From NCBI RefSeq assembly GCF_021028975.2, contig NC_059426.1, positions 69,502,001-69,566,000 of the forward strand: 64,000 nucleotides of DNA, in the 5' to 3' direction. This document shows, in pieces, positions 38,969 to 51,892 of the stretch. Source of the stretch: Sphaerodactylus townsendi (Eukaryota). How positions within the stretch are numbered: position 1 is the stretch's first letter; each line of letters starts with the position of its first letter. A program made the position numbers and the translations under genes. Under the pieces are notes generated by a model, which saw only the letters and a program-made list of their open reading frames with translations, was not told where the DNA came from and did no database searches.

Positions 38969-41900
38969 CTGTCATTGACCCAACTAATATCTAATTTGTT
39001 GTTTGCAGGCTCTAGCAAGCCTCCAAAAATAATGCCTAGTAGTTACGAATAAAATTCCTCAGATAAGTAAACCTTCCACAGAAACCCTATGCCTGTGACC
39101 TGCAAATTACTTTTCTCCAGTGGAGCAGACAAAGCTTTTGTGAATTCTGTGGACTCTGAACACAAATAAGGCATCACCTTTTGTCTATTTTTGGTGCCTT
39201 ATGAATCAAAGCCACACACATTTCTTGCAAAACAAAGTTTGGCCAAGGGGGAGGGGAGGGGGGCTTGTTGAGTGCTAGCATAACATATTGTGATTGTGAA
39301 TCACCAGGTCTAAATGCCAGTGTGACAAAACAGAACCAACAACTGAATATTGCAATAGCTAGAATAACCAGACAGGGAACAGGGATCAATGCTGGCAACC
39401 ATTTGGACTCATAGAGGTCTTGCATTTGTAGACTAGTAATAGTAAAATGTGCAATGTTAAAAGATATTTGCGATGTTAACAGTACTGGTTAGTGGCTACT
39501 CTGTTGCAGTCATTTCTTACTGATTTGCACACAGAGCTTCCTTGCCTGCAACGATTTTTCCCCCTGTTTATTTTCATCAGCATATTTATTCTTTTGTGTA
39601 CACTGATCTGCTGCCTGTAGGGAGCAGAGGAGGAAGACTGCAGAGACCTATAGCGTCACTTTGGGAATCTGATACAGGATAAACAGTGTTGCTGGCTGCT
39701 TTTATTTGCTTCCATTTATGATTTTTATGTGTATGTACAGTTAAAATATTACAAATATTACAAAGACAGCCATAGGTCTCCCATGTTTCACCCAACGATC
39801 ACAAAAGAGATGACAATTTAGGAAATGACTCAAAAGAAGGAGAGACAGTCAGAGCAACTCTTTAATCATTGCTTTTGCATACTGAGATGCAGAAATAGGG
39901 GACAAAGTACAAAACAGAACAATGATGCAAGAAAGAAGAGTCTTTGGGGCTAATGTAGCAGTAGAGCATAAAGAACATTCTTACGCATAGACTACAAGTG
40001 CAGTACTTGTGGCAATGTGATTATTGTTGAACCAAAGGGGAGCTGGCTGGGGAGGAGGGGCGGTGCTGCTCTTAGCTGATACTTTTCTGAATGTGCGCCA
40101 CTGCTGGGCCAGGTGCCTGAGGAAACACAGTATAAACAGGCTGCTGACCAAAGCCAGATCTTCTTCTACCCTGACACAACGGCAGAGGAGAGACAGCATG
40201 CTAAGATGCTCTGCAGAAACAGAATAAGCCAAGAAAATATGGCTGTGGTACTGTTTCCATTTTAGCAAAATACTTGCTATGGTTCAAGATTGCTGTGCTT
40301 TTTTGAAGGCACTACCATGATACATACAAACATTACATACATATGTAAAGTGACAATAATTTCTCCCATTAAAGATAACACATCTAGAAATATGAGAAAC
40401 AGTTCTAAAATGCAAACCTGTGGTTATTCTCCAAGTCAGTTTTAGAGAAAGACTGACATATATAATTTTCAGACAGTGGTTATGTTGGTCCATAGTAAAA
40501 CAGCTAGATCTGAGTCCCGTGGCACTTTAAAGTCCAACAAGAATTTTAGAGCATGAACTTTTGAGAGTCAAAGCTCTTTTCAGCCTGATACCCTCATCTG
40601 ACAAAGCGAGCTTGGACTCTCAAACTCAGTTTATACCCCCCAAATTTTGTTGGTACCTAAGGGGGTACAGGATTTTAATCTAGTTGTCAAATCTAACTCA
40701 CAGTGACTCTGTTAAAAGAATGCAAAATCGTGGCTTATTTTAATTGATGGGTTTTTGAAGCCAGAGTGTCTTCTAGAGATGATAGCTGAAATCCTAGTTT
40801 GTCTCAACAAATGGTTTAATTTGCTCTGGCTAGGCATCTCTTGAGCAGGAGAGTGAGTGCACAGAGAGGCTCTGGGGAACAAGTAGGATTAAGCCAGGAT
40901 GTCACATGGAAGCATAGCTAACAACAACTTGTCAATTAACTTCGTGTGTGGTTTCAGATCTTGTTTCAATGGTCCATAGTCACTGCATTTGGATGATCAC
41001 ACATAGGCCAGAGGCAGCAACAGTGTGAACAGCAATTTTCCAAGTGTTTTTTCCCTGTGGGTGTAAATGCAGAGGCAATTGCAATAGCAGTGGATTACCT
41101 ATGGCATTTTTCCTGTGCAGAGTGAGAGAATGCTTGAATGTCTTATCTGTGATTGTGAGCAAAGATGTATGAGTGAGAATGTTTAAAAAGCATTGTTCTT
41201 GCTCATAGGGACAGAAGCCCTCTGTTGACATTTGCTTCATGGGGAGCTAGAACCCACCAGCCATGCATTTTTGGAATGCAGTTTGTATAATTGTCATATC
41301 ATGTACAGTGTAAATTGGGCAATACATTATTTTTTTCTGTGTGGGTTAAGCTTCCATTCATTTCATGTGAATGGAAGCTGTACCCCTCTGGAAAATCCAT
41401 GCATTGCCCATTTCACAACATGACAGATCATGACCAAAACACACTATTGGTTGGCTTCTGCTCCGTGTGAATAGAATGCAACACAACAACAGCCAGCGAT
41501 CACACTGAAGGCCAGTATGCTCTTTCCCACTATGCACATATACACGACCAACTCAGCTGATAAAAGACAGCTTCATAATAAAGAAGAGATATCTAAAGCT
41601 TGATTTAAATCCCTGGATGATTAATTAGAGTTTTATAATCCAAACAGCTTCCCTTTAAATATATTCCCTTTTTAGAAGATACTAACTACACTGTCCCCAA
41701 AGTAAAATCTGTAAGCTTGCATTTTTTTTGGAAATGTTACATTAATGGTATGCTTCGCTTGCAATTTGAATATTATTTTTATGTGCCTATCTTTGGTTTT
41801 TTCACCACTTTGTTGTAAACAGAGTTTACACAGATCACACTTCGGTGCCGTATGTAGTGCCACTCCTAAATTCTTCATCTCTCCCACCTACAGTGTTCTT

Positions 41901-42696
41901 AAAAGTTTGTTTTCTAACAGTACACACAGAATTCAGAGGGGAATTAACTTTTAGTGGCTTTGGTCCTGGAAAAAGTCTTGGTCTTTCATTGTGCTTGTTC
42001 AAAGAAGCATTACTGTGGACCAAAAAGTCTTTTATGTCTTTTGGACATCTAAAGGGGCCCAATTAGTTTATATCAACATGTTGGTATATCACCTAGGAGA
42101 TGCAGATATTTTCCACATGTCAGCTTTTAAAATATTATACAATCATTGGGGCTACAATTTAAAGAGGAAGATCAGTGCAGGGAAAGACTGGATATTTTTG
42201 AATTTCAATGACACACTTTTCTAAGAATCCATGTTAGCATATCTGTTTGGTGAAAATGTGTTGATAATGATTGTACTCTCTGACATGGGGATTCAGAAAG
42301 ATTACTTCTTTTTCCTAATGTTGGCTAACAGTACCAAAGAATTCCAGCCAACAAACAATCCCAGTATAAAATAATTTCAGGCAAGTTGACATGAGAATCA
42401 ATTGTTGCCTGAACAAAAAAAAAAGTCTTGTGGCATTTCAGTGTCTATCACGGCATAAACTTTAGGAGCTGATGCTTACTTCAACAGCTGCAAGAATTTA
42501 AAAAATGAATTATTCAGTTGCAAAGGGTTATCCACATCTGTATACAAAAAGCCCACAAAGTTACTGTTTGCTCAGATATGCTCTAATGGGACCAGGGCTC
42601 AATAGTCAAGCACCTGCTTTGCATGAGGAAAGCCCCTGGTCCAAGCTCTGGCTTCTCCAGTTAAAAGGATTAGGCAGTACATTATGTGAAAGACTA

Positions 42697-42912
42697 TAGT
42701 GTAGTGGTTATTGTTGAACTAGGATAGCCGGGTTCAAATACCCATTCACCCATGGAAGTTTAGGGTCCTTGGGACAGTCACTCTCTCTCTCAGCATGACC
42801 TACTTCATGGGGTTGTTGTGAGGATAAAATAGAGGAGGGAAGAATGATATCGTAAATTACTTTAGGTCCCTATTGGAGGGGAAAGCAGGGTATGGATATA
42901 TAACGAAATAAA
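42697..42912 (+). mobile_element. Degenerate tRNA-derived SINE
   Basis: TAGTGTAGTGG (A box), GGTTCAAATACC (B box), CTCTCAGC..ACCTAC body. Similar relics at about 44415-44610 (+) and 28320-28465 (-). Confidence 0.6.
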
Positions 42913-42922
42913 TTGTAGCTGG

Positions 42923-43063
42923 GGCTCATTCCACACATGCAGAATAGTGCACTTTCAAACTGCTTTCAGTGCTCTTTGAAGCTGTGTGGAATGGCAAAAT
43001 CCACTTGCAAACAGATGTGAAAGTGGTTTGAAAACGCATTATTTTGCATGTGCGGAAGGGACT
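42923..43063. mobile_element. Harbinger-like MITE, degenerate copy of 63427-63577
   Basis: CATTCCACACATGCAGAATAGTGCAC ... TTTTGCATGTGCGGAAGGG. Confidence 0.75.
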
Positions 43064-45735
43064 CTGAAGAACTGCTTCCAGTCAAAGAAGAAGACCAGTG
43101 GTCCAACTCAGTATAAAACAGCTTCATGTAAGCTTCCGCCAAGGTACCTAAGGAACAATATATCCTAGGAGCAATTGCTCAGGCTGAAAAGAAATTGTTT
43201 AGATTTTTGAACAGAGAACATCAGGCAGACAGCTTAATTCAAGATCAGAGTACCTGTAATGTTTCCACAATAATCTAAAATCAGCTGGGGGAGAGGGATT
43301 TCTGCTGAAAAACAGGAGGAATGGGCTAATTCTTCATATAAGGTTAGTCACTTGTGTGGTAGGGAGTCTTCCATGGTAACACAGTTCTTTTAGTAATTAA
43401 ACTACATCAAATAGTTTTGCCTAAGCCCTCTGGAGCTGAATGCCCCTGCTCCAAATGGCTCTTGCAGATCTATTTTAAATGATCTATCCTCCCACTGTCC
43501 ACCTCCACTGTGTGTCTTGGTCTGAAAGTATGTTGTTCCTTAACTTGTAGGTATGATCCACCTTTTATTAGGACTAACCAAAATGACACAAAATAGGTTC
43601 AACATGGCATATTGTATTATTGTGCTTCTTTGTTGGCCAGCAGGGGGCATAAAAAACCTAGTGGTTTGAAGTTGGATGCTTTAAGCACAGCATCTTGTAG
43701 GAAAGGAGAGGAGCTCAAGCCAAGACAGATGTGGGAAATAGAATCTTTTGGGGATGTTTCACAAAGCAATTCAGTCCCGTGACAGAGGGAGAACTGGGTG
43801 CAAGTACTTTAGGCAGAAATACCAGTGTTTCTTCCCTTCCTTTGGAACACTGACTGAAAAAGCAGTAGCTGTATCAGCAGGCAGCCAATGACAAGGCCAC
43901 ACTTAGTGACTTTTCTCTGTATATTCGTTGTTGCAGATGGCCAGTGGTGGGTCAGGCAAATGCGCTGGCACAGACCCATGCCAGTTTCAGGAACTACTTT
44001 CTCTCTACCACCAACCACCCCCAGATTGGGTTGCCCATCAACTGGCAGATTGAAACTGAATTTCATTAGTCTTAAAGAACAGTTTGCACGATCAAGTCAG
44101 AAAACATGCCCCGCCCCCATTTCCCCTGTAAACTGATTTTCTTAGTGATCAGGTTAGGCTTTGTACTTTCTAATTCTTACCTGTAAGAAATCCCTGTGGA
44201 CAGGGATTTTTTTCTATAAGTCTTCATACATGAAATTTCAGAGCAAAAGATATGGGGTAGAAGATGCATGCAAGAGAAGAAAAAATGAAAATATGGGTGA
44301 TTTGGAGGTGTGGGGGATGGTTGCTTGTGATTTCACACAATGTATAGTTGACTTGGGCAACTTACTGCAGAAAGGGGTAATGACATTCACTATCTTAAAC
44401 CATCCTTAAAAGGGTCAGTGTTGTATAGTGATTAGAGTGCTAGTCTGGAACATGGACAGCTTGAGTTCAAATCCACATACCCATGAAGCTCATTGGGCCA
44501 ATCACTCTCTCAGCTTAACAGGACCTCACAAGGCTGTTGTGAGGATGCACTGAAGAACAGGAGAATCATGGGTATTGTCCTGAGCTCTTTGGGGAATGGT
44601 GAGATGTAGATATGTTGGATTAAAAGGATTACGTTTTTGATAATAGGTTTGTCAACAGCTATTAATCACGACAGGATAATGGAACCTTTATGTTCAGAGG
44701 TATCTGTAGATAGACAGAGGTATCTGTAGATACCTTCTTATTTCCCTTTTTTTAAAAACAGAAAAAAACAAAGAAAACAAAATTAAGAATATCCATAAAG
44801 CCTTGCTTGAGGGCTTCTCAGCAGCATCTATGGGGCCACTGATACAAACAGGCTGTTATACCAAATGGATCCCCTGTACTATGCAGCAACATTAGGCGTC
44901 TTTTATATGGTAACTCTGAAAACAAGAGACAATCTCCATGCTCTGTGTGTGTAGTAATTTTTTTTCTTAATTAATAAACAGGAGAGGCCATTGGGCAATA
45001 TTATGAGGCATCACCTTAATGAAAATTAAAGAAACCGTCTGAAGTTCCAGCTGGGCTTTTGTTCAAGCGAATGACGTTTATTGACGTGGCTTAACTTTCC
45101 ATTCTACCTCCTCCTTCTGCTGGCTTATATCTTTGCCCATTAGAACTGTTAGTACAAAGGCATAGCATAGCAATCACGGCGGCTTCTCTCAGTCTCTCTC
45201 TTTAATTGGTTATAATGGTAACATGTTTGGGAGAACGAAGGGCCGGGGAATGAAATTCATGTTTTGTGTTAAGGCACACAGCAACCAAAAGCCTAGCCCA
45301 GTTTTTTCCGCCGCTTTCATTGAGAAATTCCAGCACCTCCGTGCTTTGGATCAGGGACTTGAAATTTGGCAGCAGATAGGTTTCGCTTTGGTGTTAGGCG
45401 GGAGCCTTGCTTTTGTCGGCCTGGGGAAAATCTGCCCACATTTGGCCGTATTGGAAGCCTCCAAAACGTTGCAGCTTATGCATGCTTAGCAGAGACTTTC
45501 AAGAACTTGGCAGGCGAGGTTGCCAAGCTGTCTGCGCCGAGAGCGCGCCAGCAATCGGATGGGAAGTCTGGGGGGAATCCGCGGGACTGTGTTTCTCGAC
45601 CGCCAGGTGGTGGCCGAAAAGCCGAGGCATGCTGCTGTTCGTCGTGCGCCCTCTGCTGGCTGTAAAAGATAAACGCAGAATATAGTCTTGGTTGACATCA
45701 CTGACTCTCCGGAGGGAGAGTGGCACAGTCTAAAT

Positions 45736-45854
45736 CAGGGGTAGGGAACCTGCGGCTCTCCAGATGTTCAGGAACTACAATTCCCATCAGCCCCTTTCAG
45801 CATGGCCGATTGTAGTTCCTGAACATCTGGAGAGCCGCAGGTTCCCTACCCCTG
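45736..45854. mobile_element. Palindromic hAT MITE, family B
   Basis: Long TIRs CAGGGGTAGGGAACCTGCGGCTCTCCAGATGTTCAGGAACTACAAT; perfect 8-bp TSD GTCTAAAT. Confidence 0.93.
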
Positions 45855-48071
45855 GTCTAAATACTGGGATGGGTGATGGGATTCAAATAATTTAACAACC
45901 GGTTACGGTTGCGGGATACAAACCTGTATCTCTCAGAACCTAGTCTGACATTCTAACCACTACAGCACACTGGCATACTTGGTTTTACTGTGAATGGGAT
46001 TGTTGTGAGCCATCTCACAGGCCATGAAAATAATGAGACAGAAATATTTGCAGTTGTTAAATCTTGCAGCTTCAAAGGGAAAGGGGGCCTCCATGTTCAG
46101 GGGTGGTAGACATCTAACTACCAGGAAGACATCACTGGGGAAGGCCTCAGCTTTTATGCCCTATTGTTGACTGTCCAGGCCACTGTCTGGTCACTGTGTG
46201 AAACAGGATGCTGAGTCAGATGGAGCACTAGTCTGATCCAGCAGGACACTTCACATGTTCTGGTGTAAATGTCCCAAATATGGAGTCATTAGATGTCTAC
46301 AGGCATTCATTATCTGCTCCCCCCCTCCATCTGAAACATGGGGATGATGCACAGCTTACCTTTTCAGGTTCGTTGCAAGGATCATTGAGACAGAAAGCAC
46401 TTTGAACATTTGAAATGAATTATAAATACTATTATGTGGCAAGAGAACATTCTTAGTAAATGCTATCACAAATAGTGTTAGATCTCACCTGTGATTCATG
46501 TGAAAAGCACATGGACAAAAAGGCTACAAAATTATATCACAAGGCACTTTTGTCTGTTTTCCATGGCTGTGTTCCATAATTGACCATTCTAGTTGAGATA
46601 TTTGATTGCAGTGATCTACAGCTGTAACATTATACCTGTTTTGCTACTCATTCACATTACAGATCCAACTGCATCTACTCCTCAGGGTCAATGATTGTTC
46701 ACCAGGTATTTTGTGGTGATAAATGAAGATAATTGTGAATGGCCCTCAGTGATTCTAAATACTCACTAGATATCATTGAACTGTCTTCAAGAAAGGTTTC
46801 ATCACATGAATGTGATCACATCACAGATTTTATCACATCTCAAATATGGATGTGCTGATTTCATAGACGCAAAGGCAGAGGAAAGTTAGTGGTCAAGGAG
46901 TTACAGAATAAGCCAGTGGAGAACTTGAGTCCTTCAAAGCTTGCACAGAAACATTCATTTCTCAGATCCTTGTGTGAATCTTTGAGACACCCCTCCCCCA
47001 GGTGACTAGATGTGTAGGTGTTTCGGAATAATTTGCATGACTGTTTGAGCAATTGCATGAGCTGAGTAACTTCATGCAAACCCAGCCTGCTTCCACACAG
47101 TGAAAATTCACTCTGTAGTTCTCATTATGTGGTAAATGCAAATGTGGCTTAGCGATCATGAAATGGCGTCCCTTCTCAGTTTTCAAAACACTTTCTATGC
47201 CACTGCCCAATCCATTCTCAGCAGCACAACCGTGCAGGTTGAACTGCAAGTTGTATGCATTTGGAAGCAATTGCATGGTCATTCCACAACAGCCCACTTT
47301 CTCAGAATACCAGTGTTGTGTGAATTAGTGCTCACTCTGGTGTTTGCTTACACAACTTAAAATATGAAATTACTTCATATCATTGGCCATTTATGCATGT
47401 ACTACTTACCCTGCCGCTGTTTGCTTTGCAGTAAGTTTTCCTTTTGTCTTTTCTTTTTTTGTTTATCCAGGGATTTTACCCCTGTGAATTGCCCTTAGCA
47501 GAGCCAGTCACAATTATATCCTCCCATTGCTTTGTTCTTTCTGTGCAACTCAATTTAGGGAGACTGCTTGCCACTTTTTTTTTTTGGTGCTGTCTTTGGC
47601 CTAGTGTTACGTTGCTGGACCATGTACATTTTATGTCAGATTTAGAGTGCTATAGACCTTCAGCATTAATTTTTTTAAGCCCTTCTGGTAATTTTGAAAT
47701 GGTAGCCCAAAGAGTGGGAGAAACTGCTTTCGTGTGATTGGGGAAGGCGGGGGGAGAGAGAAACCCTGAAGAAAGCTTAACACACAGCGATCTCTTTCAC
47801 TTTCCTTGCAAAGGGAGAGAAAAAGTCGGACTTTAACTGGTTTTGGAAACTGTGGGGTTCTCTGATCTGAGAGCGCAGTGAGTTCCAAAGAAGGGGAAAC
47901 ATATGTATAACTGAGAACCAATCTGAAGGGAGAGTACACTTGATGCAAAGGATACTACAAGTGGGTAAATGATCATTGTTTTATCTAGCTCATCAGACCA
48001 GCAGTGCCTCTCCAAAATTCTCCTCAGGTGTGCTGCCTTAGGTTCTTTAAAATAGAGAGGCCTGGGTTAAA

Positions 48072-48184
48072 CAGTGGTAGGATTCAAATAATTTAACAAC
48101 CGGTTACGGTGGTGGGATTCAAATAATTTAACAACTGGTTATTTACAAGCCGAAGTGGTGCAAACCTGCTGAATCCCTCCACTG
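48072..48184. mobile_element. Short hAT MITE related to family A
   Basis: Ends CAGTGGTAGGATTC / GAATCCCTCCACTG; flanking duplication GGTTAAA; internal tandem copy of the end. A further fragment lies at about 45872-45920. Confidence 0.75.
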
Positions 48185-50216
48185 GGTTAAACCATCTACA
48201 TGTTCTCCATCACTGAAATAGGAGCCTTCCTCCATAAAAATGACAGTTACTTTATGCCTTGTTTTAAAGGCATTGAACTATCAAAGCACTCTTTCTGGAT
48301 CATCTGATGATACTTGTGCAAGTCATTGTGATTCCAAATAATAGGGCATTTCAAGACTACCAGTATAATATTAATTCTGACTCCTTTGGAATATGTGTGG
48401 CTTGTGTGTGAGGATACTAGGTGTGTAGAGACATACTTAAAACAGACATGGAGTCCCAGTGCACTTATGCAGTATAATATTTTGTCCCGTGTAATATTCT
48501 GTCCAGGACTGAGTGCAATGTAAATTGGTTCTGCTAATTTCTAGTGCTGACTGGATGGCTAATGTTCATAGTGTCATCAATACCCCACCCCTGTATTTCA
48601 GCTTTTCAAAACTGGTTTGAATAGCAAGACAGCAAAGGAGAACGCATGTCGATTGAAGCATGGGGAGACTGGGCAAACCTGAGGACTAAACCAGCATTAA
48701 AATATGAAGGCATTTTTCATAGGAACCCCGACACACTGAGCACATTCCAAATGACACTGCGGGCAGAACTGATCTGGTTTGCAGTCCACTATCTATTAGA
48801 GTTTTTTGTTTGTTTTGTTGGCAAAAGTAGAAAGCTTGTAGCAAATCAAATACAGGAAAAGCAAGAAAGTCGCTGCAGTTTATAAAACTAAACCCTCTCC
48901 TCCAACTGTGTGTTTGTTTTTGCTGCTGCTGTCTTTGCCACTTAGCAGGCATTTGAAATTAACCAAGTTATCTTCCCAGATTTGTAACCAACCCTGTTGC
49001 AAAGCCCGGTGACCACTAAATGCGTGTTCTTTACTTACATTCAGTGGATGGGTTAAGGGAATTGTTTGTTTGTCTAATCAAAAGTGCACAACGGCATTTC
49101 TCAAAAGTAGGCTCTCTTTCTGAACTAAGGCGTTTTCCGCATGGTCCAAATATCCTGGGATGGGGCAGTGACTTACCCTGGTTTGTGCAAGATTTTTGCA
49201 CGGTTCCCAGTCCTAAATCGGGGGCGCCCCATGGGATTTCCCTTATCCTGGGGTTTTCAAAAACTGGCAAATTGGCGGTTCTTTTCACATATCTCGTGCT
49301 AATCCTGCTGTCATGCAAACACCATGGAAGCTGGACCAGTTTATTTCTTCTGCCTGGCTGCCTGATCTCCCCACCCCCTGGCTTCCCCTTCTGACTTTAC
49401 GTCCTTCTCTCCCACCAACTGTTGCAGCCCGCTCTTCCCAACATGTCCCCCCAAACATGTTTATTTTTCCCGCCTCACCACCTGAAGTCCCCACACCAGC
49501 AGGCCGCCTCCTTGTCCTTCTCTTCTGACGTCACATTCTTCTCTCCTGCCAACCATTGCAGCCCTTCCCGACACATCACCCCAAGCACGTTTCCTGCTCA
49601 TGGCAGTGGCCCATCGACATTCCTCTTCAGCTAATGGGGAGTGCGGGTCCAAAATTTCCCCATTCTCCTCTTTGTTCATTCTGTGAGCTCGTGATGCTGT
49701 GCTTGGGAACCACACTCATGCAAAAGAAATGTATTTCATCCAAGTCTTCACTCAATTCCTACATGGAAATGTGCAGACGTGCGAAGGGAGGAGCAAGGAT
49801 AACATTGGCCTGGAATTTACAATCCTGGTTGTATCTGGTGTAATTACGTCATGCGGAAAATGCCTAACTTACCTTCAGGCAAGCGCCAATTCAGTGGGTT
49901 AGAAATACTTCTGTGCCGCTATTTTATGTGAAACTGCATTATGAAGCTATGTAGAATTAGATGAAGGAATATTCAACCAAGATCTGTTCCAACTTTCTCA
50001 GCTGAAATATTCCCCTTCTTACTCCCCTTCTCTTGCCCGGCTCCAATCCCACTCTCGCACCCACTAAGTCCATTTTAGAATGCTGTAAGGTTTGGCTCTC
50101 TGAGGCTGGCCTTGATGCCAGGACAAGTGTTAGTATCACCTCTACTTTCCAGAATGTTTGGCGCTCATGCCCTCATCCCCCCATGGACAGGGTCGTATCT
50201 GCTCCACAGTTTAACA

Positions 50217-50590
50217 ATAAGAACATAAGAACTAGCCTGCTGGATCAGACCAGAGTCCATCTAGTCCAGCACTCTGCTACTCGCAGTGGCCCACCAGGTG
50301 CCTTTGGGAGCTCACATGCAGGAGGTGAAAGCAATGGCCTTCTGCTGCTGCTGCTCCTGAGCACCTGGTCTGCTAAGGCATTTGCAATCTGAGATCAAGG
50401 AGGATCAAGATTGCAGCCATAGATCTAATTTCTCCTCCATAAATCTGTCCAAGCCCTTTTTAAAGCTATCCAGGTTAGTGGCCATCACCACCTCCTGTGG
50501 CAGCATATTCCAAACACCAATCACACGTTGTGTGAAGAAGTGTTTCCTTTTATTAGTCCTAATTCTTCCCCCCAGCATTTTCAATGAATG
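50217..50590 (-). mobile_element. CR1-type LINE 3' end
   Basis: ORF 50405-50629 carries RKHFFTQRVIGVWNMLPQEVVMATNLDSFKKGLDRFM (CR1 ORF2 C-terminus); TTCTTATG-type tail. Confidence 0.9.
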
Positions 50591-51690
50591 TAGAAAATAA
50601 GGCAAGTTCCTAAATACACAATGTTGCATAAGAATTAAAAATTAGGACATGAATATTAAGGATCCTACCCCAAATGAAACAGGTACTTTCATCCTTGAAA
50701 GGAATATGTAACCAAGAGATAAAGTTATTAGCGAGTAAAGAATCTACAAGGAGTGCTGTGGCACACCTTGGGGGGAAATGAGTAATTCTCTAGTCACTGC
50801 AGCGTTTAATGGTTGCAGTGAACAAAGCCCGAGGCTACAAAATGAATGATGAGGTTGACACGAAAGAGGGAAGTTACGCCAACTGAACTGAATGGTTTCA
50901 AATGAAATCTCTTTCTCCTCAAATAGCCTTTGGTTAAAAAAACACACACACAAATCTAAAATATAAACACTTTCCTAAATCCATTTGCTTCTGGTAAAAT
51001 AAATAAATAAATAGAGCTGGGAACTAAGGCACTTTTGTGCAATGAAATATGAGTTCAGAATGATTCACTGGCCTGTTAGCATGGTCTTCCCCACCTTCAC
51101 TAATTGCTGGCCTTTTCTGTGTTAACTTTTTAGTTTCTTTAAACAACTAAAATCTATTCTGCCTTTTTAAAAAAAAAGTTCTGTGCTCCTTCCTGGATTT
51201 TTTATAATGTTATTTTCAGGGGGGGAAATGACTCTTTTATTTTTAAAGTGTAATCTTTACCACCACCACCACCACCCCCCCCCCAGTTGTTCTATTTCCA
51301 TCAGATCAATAAGTACTGCATTAAATGGAAGTGGAGATTCTGTGTTCGTGTGTTGGGGGGGGGGGATACTGGGGTGGCTCAGTATGTGCAGTGCTGCAAA
51401 TCTAGGGCTTTTCTAAAGTTTGTAGAAAGATACATCCTGTCTGTTCAAAACTCCAATCTCTGGATTTACCGTAAGTATCCACAGATTTGGCCATGCACTT
51501 GCACTTGCTGCAGGTGTAGCTACCCACATCATCCGGCAAAAAACAAATATATAACTGCAGTTGCAGGTGACAGAAGCCACTCCCTGACCACCCATATTTA
51601 GTAGTCTTAAATAGTTCAGAAACAGATCTATGGGCCTCCCTTTCAAAAAGTCCCCTACTAAATTCCCCCACCAAAAAAATGAGTGTTAGC

Positions 51691-51892
51691 CTTGGGTGCT
51701 GTGTGGTTTCCGGGCTGTATGGCCGTGTTCTAGCAGCATTCTCTCCTGACGTTTCGCCTGCGTCTGTGGCTGGCATCTTCAGAGGATCCTGAAGGCGAAA
51801 CGTCAGGAGAGAATGCTGCTAGAACACGGTCATACAGCCCGGAAACCACACAGCACCCAAGTGATTCCGGCCGTGAAAGCCTTAGACAATAC
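51691..51892. mobile_element. Penelope-like element inverted pseudo-LTR remnant with 13-bp flanking direct repeat
   Basis: 69-bp inverted arms 51691-51759 and 51793-51861 (1 mismatch), then the tail. AGTGTTAGCCTTG occurs at both 51682-51694 and 51893-51905. Confidence 0.8.
51744..51786 (-). ncRNA. Minimal type-I hammerhead ribozyme motif (Penelope-type), second copy
   Basis: Minus strand UCCU-CUGAAGA-U-GCC(agccacagacgca)GGC-GAAAC-GUC^AGGA; identical to the 8303-8345 motif except one loop II base. Confidence 0.75.

Noticed and set aside
51788-51806. Plus-strand hammerhead CTGAAGGCGAAACGTCAGG
   Set aside because: A9 and helix II are deleted, so it cannot form the catalytic core; the same holds at 8346-8365.
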